DNA of 53,351 nucleotides, the filler included, from Bipalium vagum (Eukaryota), in assembly GCA_037834085.1 (NCBI GenBank). It is 3 parts of 3 records of this genome, joined end to end, with 100 filler letters (N's around TTAATTAATTAA, not from the genome) between each part and the next. Parts side by side here need not be neighbours in the genome. Positions count along the whole stretch, not along the records: positions 1 to 18,771 come from JBBMKC010020122.1; positions 18,872 to 34,779 come from JBBMKC010139041.1; 1 more part is not named here. One strand, 5' to 3'. Made by a program: the position numbers and the translations under genes. This document shows, in pieces, positions 13,990 to 26,789 of this stretch (the first letter of the stretch is position 1; each line of letters begins with the position of its first letter). The notes under the pieces were generated by a model. It was not told the DNA's origin, searched no databases, and saw only the letters and a program-made list of their open reading frames with translations.

Positions 13990-14560
13990 CAAAATGTTTG
14001 CAAATAAACAGTATGAGGAAAAACTTTCCAACCTAAATATGAGATTGTCTCCAGTGTAAGCTTGTCACATGCGGTTTGGCATTGTCATACAGTAAGATTG
14101 GCTTATGCGATCCTTGGCCAGAAAAAGGTCTTTTTTCTTTATTTTTTCAGCCAATTGCAACAACTGTTTTTGCTGTAACGTTCTGAATCAATAGTTTCGC
14201 CAATCTGGAGATCATAATAAATTGGGCCTCTCATATCCCACCAGATACAAAGGAGCATATTTTTGCCCTGAATATTTACTTTTGCTGATGAAGTTAATGA
14301 ATGTGCTTTATATTATCGTATGCAATCCACTTTTCATTTCCAGTGACCAAATAACATAAAAATTCTATTTTCTTTGCCTAGAATGTTGTTAAGCGATACA
14401 AAATGTTGATTTCTGAGAGTTCATGTGGCATAAGCTTTCAGCCTGACGTTTTACTAATCTATATAATTGCTTGCTAACAGTTGCTTGGTTGACTTCAAGT
14501 TGTTTCGTTCTTCTTGTGTTTGGGCAGTATTATGACAAAATAGTTCTTTCATCTCTGAGG
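13990..14560 (-). mobile_element. mariner transposase remnant
   Basis: LVTGNEKWIAYDN (first catalytic D region), MLLCIWWDMRGPIY and a HDNAKPH-like segment; broken reading frame. Confidence 0.75.
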
Positions 14561-15339
14561 GTCCAATATTCATGGGCACCGGTTTTTAGTAGATTGTTTG
14601 AATAAAAACGTTGGTCTTTAAACATAAATGTGATGAAAATGTTAATTTACAAAATAATTTTAAAATTATATTCAATAGAAGTTGAAACAATAGAAAATTT
14701 ATGAATTTCAAATCAGAAATATTTATATTCTCAAAATAAAGTTATAGCAGAAGTTCCATTAAAATTAATGTTTTGATTTTTTCAATTTACAGAAACATTA
14801 CATTTACACGAAAAATTAGTATAAATAAAGAAATATTTTATGGAACAAAGGCATATGCCAAAGTGAAATTTTTTATTTTAGAATTAACTTTAAGTCCAAA
14901 ATCAGAATTAAAATTTTTAAAAAGAATTGATGAGAAACATATAAATATACATTTTCTATCACGACGTGAAGAAAGAAATTTAACAGCAGAGGGACAAGAT
15001 AAACTTTACAATTATTTTATGTTCTTAATAAGCCAATTTATATTTTTTTCGCTTTTAGAATTACAGAATTTAATTTTAATAGTGAGTTTTTCAAAATAGA
15101 CAATAATCTTTTTCAGAATCTGTTTTCGTTTATAAAAATAATTCATTGATTTTGATTTTCAAGTTTTTGAATCCTTTTTTCTAGATTATTAATACAATAA
15201 ATTAAATTGAAACTAAAAAATGTTTGTAGTACGAATGTAAATTAAAGGATTTCAATTTTAATAGAAGTTTTTTAAAAATTATTTTTTATAATTAATATTA
15301 TTTATTTCAAAAAATATCAAATTTAAATAAATAACAAGA

Positions 15340-17483
15340 TTATTTTATTTTAAAATATCCAGGAATCTGGAATGGGTCTGTAGTAAATAATACAAAATCA
15401 TTTGGAACTTCGGTCATCGGTACATGTTCAACGGACATTCTGCGCAGCGAAGAATCCCCATGAATATCTTCAAGGATCATTTCTTTTAACTTTAATTCCC
15501 AATCCATTCTTTGAACCATCATCAGAGATTCTGATTCATGTAAATGACGAGTGAGAATTTTTTTCTGTTAAATAGAAACATAGGTTCCACTTTAGCAAAA
15601 TATTTAAGCATTTTATTTTAACATAATCCAGTCATTTTAAAGAAAATTATATAAAAAAAATCATAATCAATTCACTTTAAAAAATCGAAACTTACATTTT
15701 TAAGAAAGAATAGAAATGAAAAACCAGTCTGAAAACACAGCCAGTACAAGCAAAATGTCTCATTATTTTTTATAGTCAGCATCAAATTTTTAAGAAATTT
15801 AAGAAATTTGACAAAATTTGGAATATTTTCTTTGACTTCCATTTTCAATAATTATCTTTTACTACATTTAATCAAGTAATTAAAAGTTTAATCTATCGAT
15901 AAAATATATCTAACTGACAAAAAAGTAATGTTACTTTAAAGTGAGAAATACTTTTTGCATAAACATCAATTCTATTTTTTGCCAGTACAGTTTTGTTAAG
16001 GAGAACAATGTAAAAAGCTAACGTTGCATAGATTTTTAGATAAAATAATTTATGGATATTTTTAGAAAATTGAGATGACAAACATTTTAAAAAAGTCCCT
16101 TGTGGAAGAGAACTCACAAAAAACATTTGACTTGTATGTGATGAGGTTTGTCTCCAAGACTAACCTGGTAAGAAACGCATGTTAAAATTCGATTTTAAAC
16201 CATTGAAAACTTATGTTGAATCAAAATTTTGAGGGGTCTATAAAATACTTGATAAACACAACAAGTTGGGTATAATAATTGCCGATAAATAATTCATTAA
16301 CTTTTTTTTATTTTAAAAATAATATAAGTTTACTTCAAAAAAAAACTTAAAAATTGATTAATTATTAATATTCATAAAAATAAAAATTTTATTAAATCAA
16401 TATTAAAATGTTATAATTAAAGAAAAACAATAAATAAAAAATAATCAAGAATTGAAAATCTCATGGTTTGAATTTAAAATTAGTAATTTAATTTTGCTAT
16501 AGAAAAAATGGATCTTATAAAGTTCAAATACGTAGATGTTAGTAATAATTACAAATTTCAACAAGTGCATTAAAACAAAATTCTCTAATACATTTGTTGA
16601 AGAAGTGATAAGAGACTGCTCGACAAACTTATGCAAACGTCAATTCTGAACGAAGGTAATACTGACCTGGAAAAAGTGACCTTTTCCAATGTAGTTTATA
16701 TTTTTATTCTCACAATTTTCAGTTCGAGAATTGATAAAACATTGAATATTTTCTTAACTTGATCAAAGGAGTGTTTTTTTTCATTTTCATTTCTTTATCC
16801 TATTTTTAATAGTTGAATCTATTTCTTCCACACGTCTGATCATTATTGATCATTAAAATATTCGAAGAGTTACATAATAATGCGATAAAGGTTTGTATTT
16901 CCTAATTTGTATTTGGACTTTGTATTAAGATTAAATCAAAATTAAATCATGTTCATGAATCTTCACATACAAGCAGTAAATAAAAGGGGTCAAAAATCTG
17001 TTAGCAACTGTCTAAAATGAACAAAAATATTATATTTATTGGAAAATATTGATTATTTTAAAATATTTTATCGAGATTTTTTTTCTTAGATAACATTTAA
17101 AATTGATTTTACCATTATTGTAGCACTGATCTTAACATAAACAATGATTTTGTGTAAAGGAAATTACCTTTTCTTGGTGAAATTTATTTTTGACAGACTG
17201 CAAAGATTTAATGAAATCATCAGATGAAAACTTCTCTGACTTATCGTTGTCCTGCAAGAAAAACTTGGCTAAAATCGATTAACAATATTATCATTATACG
17301 AACAGTCACGTTTTGCGTCTTGCTTGGATCGGAGGACCTTAAAGCAGAATCTGGGATATAAGTGAAATTCTTGTATGCTGTCACTGTAAAAAAAGAAAAA
17401 GGACGATCTTGGCCCGCCAGTTGGCGAGCGGCTGTGTTTTGTGCACGAATCACTTCTAATTCAGCATTGATTCTTAATTGCTC
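15340..17483 (-). CDS. ANKRD11/ANKRD12-like protein, last three exons (conserved C-terminal domain); 5' part not found in this contig
   Basis: Phase-0 exons 17304(or 17310)-17483, 17168-17251 and 15340-15564 give EQLRINAELEVIRAQNTAARQLAGQDRPFSF...FSSDDFIKSLQSVKNKFHQEK|KKILTRHLHESESLMMVQRMDWELKLKE...HVPMTEVPNDFVLF. This parallels the ANKRD11 C-terminus as I recall it ([30 protein letters not shown]...QHEAAALNAVQRMEWQLKVQE...YVPMVDVNDDFVLL). Confidence 0.82.
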
Positions 17484-18049
17484 CTGTTTTTTAGATTTAT
17501 TATTATTATTATTATTATTAAAGATTTTGTTATTTTTATAGATAAAACAAGATAGAAAAACAAAACAATTAATAAAATTATTATCTTTCAACCAAAATAG
17601 ATGTTTTACTTTTTGCTCAGATAAGATTTTACGAATTTTATTTTTGAAATAATAAATTTTATAAAATTCAGTAAGAAGATTATTTGTCGCTTTTCAAATT
17701 GATCAAATATTAAAGATTAGTTTATTTTCTGAAAGAATTTTTAATCTAATGAAATTACACTGCATTCACTTAAATCAATATTTTTGTGATCAGATTTTCT
17801 AAATATTTGTAAACATTTTAAGATCTCTAATTTAAAAAATTTTCATTAATTGATCCTTAATACCTCTAAATGTTATATCTGAATATTGATTTTTCTTACT
17901 GTAAACTTTGTATATCTTTTAAATTAAAATTCTTTTTCTGGATTTCTCTAAAGACAAAATATTTAAACGGAAATGATTATTAAGATGTATAGGAATTAAA
18001 AAAGAACTTATCACTGTTTTTGATTTACGATATTATTAAAGAATATATT

Positions 18050-18650
18050 AAGACAATTGGGATTAATGATCAAACCTAAAAGATTTAATGATACGTGATG
18101 AATTGTTCTTTGTTCTATTTTTCTCCTTTAAATAAGTCTTCATTCTGCCTTACCAATGTTGTTAGAGAGATGTATTTACTATACTAATCAATTATCCCAA
18201 ATATATATTTTTCCTTCGGGTTATTTTACTTAGTGATCCATAGATATGCCTACAGATATATCTTCAAAGAAATCTGGTGGTTCCACTTTTTGTATTTCTA
18301 TTTTAGTTTGTGCTGTAACAACTTTTTATCTTTAGCAGGCTTCACATATTCAGATAATTTCATGAACTTTCAAATTTCACATTTAGTAGTAATTATCTTT
18401 CATTTAATGTACCACGTTCTCAGCTCTAGGGTTTGATAACTTATGTTAAATCTAATAAGAATATCTTCAAATGATCTATTTTCATCTCTGTCGATATTTT
18501 GTTTCCTGCCTTCTATCTCCACTAGATATTGGTTTTCTTTTGCTAACGCATCTAATATCTAACTTTTCCAACTTTTGATTCATTGAAGACACTTGTCAGA
18601 CCTTGGTCTCCAAAGCATATCTGCTTGTTACTTCATTTATAGGTATTTTT
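18050..18650 (-). mobile_element. Ty3/Gypsy integrase remnant
   Basis: Minus-strand fragments resembling the zinc-binding region (CEI...), PPDFFEDIS and GKIYIFGIID..SKYISL; many stops. Confidence 0.5.
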
Positions 18651-18697
18651 TTTAATATTTAATCAATATTTTACTTATTATTAGTTCTTTATACAAG

Positions 18698-18700
18698 AAC

Positions 18701-18771
<71 letters not shown>
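18698..18771. repeat. (AAT)n microsatellite at the contig end
   Basis: Direct reading; runs into the N linker. Confidence 0.95.
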
Positions 18772-18871
18772 NNNNNNNNNNNNNNNNNNNNNNNNNNNNN
18801 NNNNNNNNNNNNNNNTTAATTAATTAANNNNNNNNNNNNNNNNNNNNNNNNNNNNNNNNNNNNNNNNNNNN
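18772..18871. other. Artificial contig-joining linker N44-TTAATTAATTAA-N44
   Basis: Exactly 100 nt. The central 12-mer has stop codons in all six frames and is identical to the linker at 34780. Confidence 0.95.
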
Positions 18872-19169
18872 TTAACGTTTGTGATTAACTTTAATTTGAA
18901 AATTAATATAAAAAATCCGCAATTTCATACTGGACAACCTAATATTTATTAAAACTAAACAACAGAACCATTTATTGAAAAATTTACATAACCGAATTAG
19001 AAGCACTTTTTACTTAAAAATTAATACTTGGTATGATTTACGTTCGCATATATTCGACGAGGAATCAAATGAATCAACTCCTTCCAATACATATGGTATA
19101 ATATATACGCTGCAAAACTTTTCATACGCATATCCTAAAGTGAAATTGGTTTTATGCTGAAAATATTGC

Positions 19170-19900
19170 TTTCAGTAATTTCCAATGATTTTAGATTGGA
19201 ATTAAATACGAGGATAATCTAGGTCATTTATTAGTATAATTGTGTTTTCTTCCTAAATTCAAACTTCCATTGACTTTTCCTACTGACATGGAGCTCCGCC
19301 ATGTTGTAGTACTGTGCAATTCCGAATTCTAATACAGGTACAGAACTTCAGGACCTTTGGCGGTGATACCACCCAAGGGAATGTTTAACAGTAAGTATTA
19401 CATATTTTTTATTATACGACTGTTTTGGTGGTCAGCGAAATCGTTGGTAAGGTGAATCAAATTGATGCATCATAGTCTGATCTGTAAACATCACCTTGTT
19501 TCACTCATTAAGACCCCAATCTTGATGTCTTTTGCAGAAATATAGATAATCTTTGATATTTTACTTTGATAGCGTTGATTTTTGCCGACCGATTGGAAAA
19601 AAGATAAAAATCTTTAAGACGTTGACGAATTGTAACTGCAGTAATATTGATATCGGGAGGCACTTGAGTCTGTATAAATGTGGCAGATGCAGTTGAATTA
19701 TTACCATTGATAGTCACCTGATTATTTCATCTGCTCTTATTGATGTCTATCGACCTGCATATAATTTCCAGTGATCCGCTTCTGATCAATAGTTTCTTGC
19801 AAGCCAGTTGAGACAATCAAGCATGATGCTCTAACCCTTCTTCCGATAATAAAATAATATTTGAGCGAAATTCGCTTGAAAATTTTGCCATTCCAATAAT
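19170..19900 (-). mobile_element. Tc1-like transposase remnant
   Basis: TAVTIRQRL, GGITAKGPEV, and degenerate DNAxxH and PPYSPDL-like segments. Confidence 0.55.
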
Positions 19901-20327
19901 TTCTTATTTCTAAGTACTGAGAAATTCTGAGAAAATGTATTATTGCATTTCAATCTATTAAAACACTACGTATTAAAGGAAAAATCGAAGTGGCTGGTGA
20001 ATTATCAACACTATATTTTTTGTCTATCTCTGAGGCAGACTTCCAATGCCAAATTTTATAAATGTATTTTACCTGATGAAAGATATTCCTCAATTTCCAT
20101 TTTGATCTCATAAAATTGTAAAATAAATACCAAATCGGTTGTTAAATGTTCAATAAATATAGTTACTGTTGTGTAACTTTCCAATGAAATTTTTAAAAAT
20201 TTTTTGCTATCACCTTTCTTACAGAGACTGTTTCATTGAAAAAAGAACTCTAAATAAAACTACATTATCGCTGGATTTAGCAAACTCAGCAATTATGGAA
20301 CTTAAATATATTTAAAGTAATCAATTT

Positions 20328-20900
20328 ATGCCGCTTAATCTGAATGAACGAATTTATCTACTGGCGTGCTTTTTTCGCACAACCCGCTTAACGGAAGACG
20401 GTAAATATTTATATTCGTATTGTGCACGACAATTTTCAGATCAATACCCTGAGATTGACAAACCTTCAAAATCAACAATCAATTCTTCATCAGACTTTTT
20501 CGTGAAAATGGATCAGTGAAAGATAAGAAACGTCAAGGTCAAAAGGCACAGATATTCTGGATGATCTTAGTGGTCGTGTCAGTCGTAGTCCACAAACATT
20601 TCCGATACGTCTTCCTGATGAAACTGGATTATCGCTAACGAGTTGTTACAGACCAGTACGTCGAAAACTGAATTTATACACATACAAGGTAAGATGTTAG
20701 AAACAGTTACAACATGCAGATTTTGCAAAAAAGTTAAATACTGCAAATGGTTTCAGCAGAACATGAATGCAGAACAATTAAGCCTTACTTTCTTTACAGA
20801 TAAAGCTTAGATCCATTCAATAATCCTTTATTAACATACGCAAAAGAATTCAGTTGCGTCTGCTTGAAAACGTTGATCACTTTCAGCATTTACTGTGACA
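20328..20900 (+). mobile_element. Tc1/mariner transposase 5' remnant (HTH region)
   Basis: MPLNLNERIYLL...YSYCARQFSDQYP...PSKSTI, a GSVKD-like segment and LNLYTYKV; frameshifted. Confidence 0.65.
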
Positions 20901-20911
20901 TTTAATTTATA

Positions 20912-21642
20912 TTAGGTTGTTCATAAAATAATGTAGTTTTTTAATATAGAACTTTGAAAGTATATATTTTAATAAAAAACACAGCTAATCAAATTTGAAT
21001 CAATACACTTTCGCCAACAATTCACAAGTTTATTTATTCCATTTGCATAAAAGTCCGTATCTGTGGTAGCGATGAAATTATTGAAGGCTTGTTTGGTATC
21101 GTCTTGATTTCTGAAAAAATTTATCCTTCAGAAAATTCTGCAGATGTTTAAAAAAGTGATAATCTCTGAGCGAAAGATCTGGTGAGTAAGCTGGATGAAG
21201 CAGGGTTTCGTGTCCCAACTGGTTTAATTTTTGTAAGGACGAACGTGCAAAAGAATGACTCCCTTTCTATTGATTCACCAGATTTGGCTCCTAGCGACTT
21301 CTACCTTTTCAGAAACCTAAAGCAATTTCTCCGGGGTAAGCATCTTAAATCAAATGAAGAACCTATGGCATCCGTAGACCAGTATTTTGCAGACCTTCCG
21401 GAATCTCACTTCAAACATGACATAGAATTGTTGGAGAACAACTGGACTAAATGTTTTGAATTGCTAGGAGACTATGTTACATAATAATATGAATTTAAAT
21501 AAAAAATTTACGTTTTTTCTTTTTCGCTTTCAGTACTTTTCACGCAAACTATAATTTAAGTAACAAAACAAAAGAAAAATTGTTAAATTAACGTTAAATA
21601 AATGGCTTCATGAAAACTGAAATTATTTTTTGAACAACCTAA
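20912..21642 (-). mobile_element. Deleted mariner element with both TIRs, containing a second mariner 3' fragment in the opposite orientation
   Basis: TIR TTAGGTTGTTCA(T/A)AAAATAAT at both ends with TA flanks. Minus-strand SPDLSLRDYHFFKHLQNFL at about 21000-21190 and plus-strand SPDLAPSDFYLFRNLKQFLRG...WTKCFELLGDYV at about 21270-21484. Confidence 0.82.
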
Positions 21643-23163
21643 TATGTTTTGTTAAGTGTCAAATTATACTAGTTGTATAATTATTAAATTAATGTAATCC
21701 CGTTTTCTTTTTTAGTAGTTTGGTTTTCAATAAAACACTTTCTAAGACCGGAATAAAGGTAGCTAAAGTTCTCGGGATATAAATTCTTGATTAAGATTTA
21801 ATTTTTAGCTAAAAGTTCAAAAATAAATTGAACATGTGATGCCCATCAAATATATGGAAGAGCTTTAGATAAGTGAAGATTTTCTTTAATTCTAAGGCTA
21901 AATTTTCTCACTTTTCCAATTTAATTATACCTTTACCTATATAAAACATATGAATCTAACTGTTCAAGTATTTAAGTCACCAATATTTATTTCAATAAAT
22001 CGATATAGAAAATTGACAGGAAAAATGATTCTTGCATATCTAAAACTTTGTTTCAAATTTTAATAATTTTTTATTCCATCAGCGAATAAGTTACATTTTG
22101 TGCAAAGTTTCAAACTTCACAATGTGTTAAGAAGTTAATTTATGTAACTGGAAACCTAAAAAATATTATTATTGAAATCATTTCAGATTTTTATCGATAT
22201 GAAAAAATTAATGTAGTCAATTTCGTTGAATATTTGTTATATTTTCTGTAATATTTCGTAATTTTTCAATTAAGATTTATTTGTAGTGTGCATAAAAATT
22301 GTGTTTAGAAATTTTAAGTAAATATTTAAATAAATTTTAATATTCTCATTTTATTTTTGTCAATTGCGATTGCAAAAATGATGTGAACCAAGGTAAAAGT
22401 CGACTATTAACAGATACAGGTTTATAAATTCATAATTGGCATCAGTTAAATTATGACTTCTAATAAGATTTTGATTTTTAAATATTTCAAGATGAATTGA
22501 CAGATCTCGTCACAATATTATCATTTTGAAAAATAAAATATTGCCATATTTTACTTTTGAGATGAATTAAGTAACTAGAATTTATTTTCAGTATTAAACT
22601 TAAAAAAATGCCGAATAATTAGAGAAAATGGTTAAAGTTAAATTGATTTTTGTAAATTATTGAAATATTGAATCGAAACATAAAATTGAAAAATTTTTTA
22701 AAGAAAAAATTTTACTCTAATAAATCATAAAAGTTTTTAAAAATTTCTTTTAAAAGTAGATAACAGTGCTAAAAATAAAGCAAATTAAGTAAAAAAAAAT
22801 AATCACATTCTCTAAGTAGAAATTTTTTTAATTCTTCTGACAGTAAGACTCTTAAAGTGCAATTTAACAATACAATCTAACAAATATTTCATTTTTTGAC
22901 GTTTCAAATCACACATCAAGATATTTCTCAGACAATTTGTAAAATCCATGGAAAGATATGGTCTATATTTAAATTAAACTAATTTTCAACAATAAATCAA
23001 AATAATGTAATAATGATTTTAATAAATAAGCTATTATATCAAAATATTGTATGCATTGTGATTCTAGAAATTTTTTGGAAACTTGCCAAAATTTACAATA
23101 ACAAAATATTTATGACTTTAAGAAAAAAATTACTTGAATTTTAAGAATAAGACAAAGTCTAAC

Positions 23164-24659
23164 CTTCATATCCATTGGAACAAGAGCAGAAAAGTGTGAA
23201 TTAGAATAAGTCAGTAAAATAGGAGTTTTTTCACAAAATTCTGGTTTCTCTAAAAGAGGAAGATATAGACCACCGAAAGAAAGTGGTTGAATAGGTTGGC
23301 CATCAGCATCTCGAACAAAGGTATCGGAAATAATAATGATTGGTCTTCGAATAACTTGTGCCAGAACAAAAATGTGAATTTGTTCAAGGAAATCATAAAA
23401 ATTTTCTTTTGATATAGTTGACAATTGCATTAAAGACGACTTAGGAGATCTCAATATTTTATTTTCCGAAGAATCATTATTTCTTACTGACACCTGCTTT
23501 AATCTAGATGATATAGAACTGTTATTCGGGCAACATGCTAAAAAATTATTTTCTTCTTCATTCAATGACAAATCGATTGGTTTATGTGATCCTTTAGGGC
23601 TTGGAAAACTTAAATTACATATTTCAGACCATTCTTGGTTAAATTCTTCTTCAGATAAAGTATAACCTTGTAATTTTTGATCATTCAGACTTTGGTATAA
23701 CCAACGACGACGAAATTCCAAATTTTCAAGAATCAAACGATGGTGTAATGCATGACGAAGAATTAAGTGTCTGTCATGAAAACCCCACATAGCCAATGAG
23801 GCAGCATGCAGCAAGCAATTGCCGTCTCCCGTTGTAGCTAAAGGCCAAAGTCTTTGCATACACTCATTGTCACACCACCAATTTAACCTGTCTGTAAAAA
23901 AATAATAATCCTACACCTTATCAAAATTTTCTTGTATTATTTAATATTTAATTATTTTTATTTCTAAATTAGTTTTCAAATATACGTAATTCAAGAAATT
24001 TTGATCTCAAGTGAGGAAGGTCAATTGGACTTTGTTAAGTGAGTTTGTTCTTGAACTTTTTGGTATATATAATTAATTTTTCAAATCTATTTGAATATAA
24101 AGAATAAATAAAATTTCAACAAATATTTTTTTATAATTAATCAATAAATATTAAATAAATCTATTGATTAAATATAATTTTATTTACTGATTATTAACTA
24201 TTTTTATCTTGTTTCATACCCAATTAATTGTATTATGTTAAAATAGTTTCGGATATTACTTTAAGCAATTTATTTTCAAAAGAAAATTAGATATTTACAG
24301 TTTTAAAGTAAATTTTCTGATTACGTTTAACCTAATGATTAAAAGTCGTAAAAATTAAGTTTTGTGGATAGTTATAATTTTTCCAAAGAAAAACTTCTCT
24401 TACCTGATTGTTCTAGATGTAATAGAGCACACTGCTCAATCAAATCTTTTTCAAGATATGCTCTAAATTTGCGACAGTATTTTGATAAATCAGGTAATAG
24501 AAAAGTGACATTAGTTGCATCTTTAAAATATGATAATTGATTTTGATTAGTCTCTTCAATTTTGTCTAGTATTATCAATCTTGCCTCGGAAACTAGAGTT
24601 TCGTTTCCTTGAGATAATGAAAATCCTCTTCTACCTTTTCTATTATTTATTTCAGACAT
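23164..24659 (-). CDS. OTU-domain deubiquitinase of the OTUD7A/B (Cezanne)/A20 family; 5' exons only, 3' part not found before the linker
   Basis: Exons 24404-24659 and 23164-23891 (phase 1 junction Q-S-D-R-L-N-W-W). Motifs: TFLLPDL, LEKDLIE, RLWPLATTGDGNCLLHAASLAMWGFHDR (catalytic Cys), LEQIHIFVLAQVIRRPII, FGGLYLPL and SHFSALV (catalytic His). Donor AAG|GTTAGA at 23163. Confidence 0.9.
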
Positions 24660-25549
24660 AAAAATTTCATTAATAATAGAATACTGAAAATTTAATAATA
24701 ACTAAGATAAACAATTTTTAAATTTGAAAAATAATTTAATTGTGTCAGTTAAAATAAAATTTTTAAATTATAGAAAATCGTTTGTTTTAAAATAATGATC
24801 TATTGTTTTTTATTAAACTTATGAAATAAATACTGTAAAAAAATTAAATTTCTTGATGTTTCTTTAATTTTTCTAATGTTTAATTGTTTTTAAAATTTAA
24901 AAGTAAAAATATTGAATAAATATTTATCTAACTTTAAAAAGTATTTGTTAAAATTAAATAATTACTATACTTCTATGCTGTATTATCAATTTTTATTAGT
25001 CTCATATTTTTAAATTTGATTGAAATGCCCTATGTTATTGTTTTTTTTAATAAAATAATTTTCAAAATAAAAAATATTTAATATTGTCAAGGTTACAAAT
25101 CAGTTAAAGGTCCATGTATATACCTGTTCTTCTGCTCATGTTAAAAAAATATTTTCTGAAACTTCTATGAAATTCAGCACATTTTTCTCCTTTAATGAAT
25201 TTTCTTCAAAAATTGTGTATAGTTTGGTATTGTTTTTGGATTTTTTAAAAAATTATTTTATAGTAAAAACAGATAATACTATAATGCTGATAACAGTTTT
25301 AAGATTAGGGTACAACTCTGACAACACCATTAAACTAGGGTGTCCATAAAAAGTTAAAACAAAAAAGGGCAAAAAATGAACGACTTAAAAAAAGTTCCCA
25401 TTTTCTGTTAAATATAAATATTTTTTCAAATGTAATCCTTGAAATGATCATTGACAAAAAACTAACTGTTTGAATCACTTTGAACTTACAGTTTTCTTAC
25501 TTAAATGTTGATAAAATTTATTTTGAAATATGAATTTATTGAGGTAATT

Positions 25550-26356
25550 CACGCACAATAGAGAGTGAGGAACTTTAAAAACTTTATTTAATCATTATTA
25601 TCAATATAGTCTTTCATAATCTTAGTCGCACCTTAAAATTTCTTACATTTTGGAAATATGTGGACGAATTTTTTAATTTTCTCCAAAAAGTTAAAGGCCT
25701 CTATTATTGGTAAATACTTTGGGTATTCTTTCAATAACGCTTTTATTCAAATCCTCAATGACTTCCACAGGTATTAGGCACTATCCACGCACTATATCTT
25801 ATTTCAATTGGTCTACATTCGAAAATTAATGACCGTCCGCTTAAACACGTATAGATTGAAGGCCCCGAAGGTTATCTATGAGATTAAGATCTGGACTACA
25901 TGAGACCCTCTCATTTTTTGCTTCCAACCAAGTTCTAGTCGATTTACTTTTGTGGATTAGTATATTCGTGTATGATTTAAATAACATCTGTAATTTTAGA
26001 TTTTGAGAAAAATGGAAAAATCAATTATTCATAATGAAAATAAAGTTTATTTAAAATTTTTATTTTTAAAAAGGTACAATGTGAAAGAATTAAAGAGATT
26101 GTTTCCCAGGAGCCACAAGACAGAAATATCATTGGTATGTCTTGACCGCCATATTCACCAGACCTGAATCCCATAGAAAATATTTAAGGGATACTACCAC
26201 GTCTGGAAACAATGCGAATCAATTTCAGAGCTGAAACGAGAGGTAATTCGCTGTTGGGAAGAAATCAATAACAGCATCCTGTGAGAACTGGTAAATTAGA
26301 TGCCAAATAGAATTTATGAAGTGATTTATTCCCATGGAAGTTCAACTAAATATTAA
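25550..26356. mobile_element. Cluster of Tc1/mariner transposase 3' remnants on both strands
   Basis: Minus-strand SCSPDLNL near 25890. Plus-strand PPYSPDLNPIENI and HGSSTKY* at 26140-26356. Confidence 0.7.
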
Positions 26357-26789
26357 CAATCGAAAAATAATTCAAAATGTATTTTTTTATGATATACGTC
26401 TTTTGTAAATATGCGGCAATAAATTATTGATATTTTTTAGTTTATTTTTACTTTTTAAAATTTTTTAGTCATATTTTTTTTCCGTAAATATATATATTAA
26501 AAAGATGGATATATTGTTATATTATTTATATATAAATATTAACAACTTTGATAGCTTCTGCATACAAAAAATATGCATTTTCTTAATGCGCGATAATTAG
26601 TTAGAGCATTATATAAATATTGCAAAAAATTGTATCAATTAGAAGAAATGTTTACTATGTTCAATTAAATGCGATTAATCATTGTAACAATATTTTTCTG
26701 AATACTTTGAAACTGAAATGTTCAATAAATGTGTCTATATGAAATGATTCGAAACATGTTAAAATCGTAAGAAATACGAATGAAATCAT

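Noticed and set aside
14773-15099. 108-aa plus-strand ORF
   Set aside because: AT-driven F/I/K/N composition, TTG start and no recognisable homology; lies downstream of the ANKRD stop on the opposite strand.
18816-18827. TTAATTAATTAA as a piggyBac target site or biological motif
   Set aside because: Embedded in fixed-length N runs; artificial linker.
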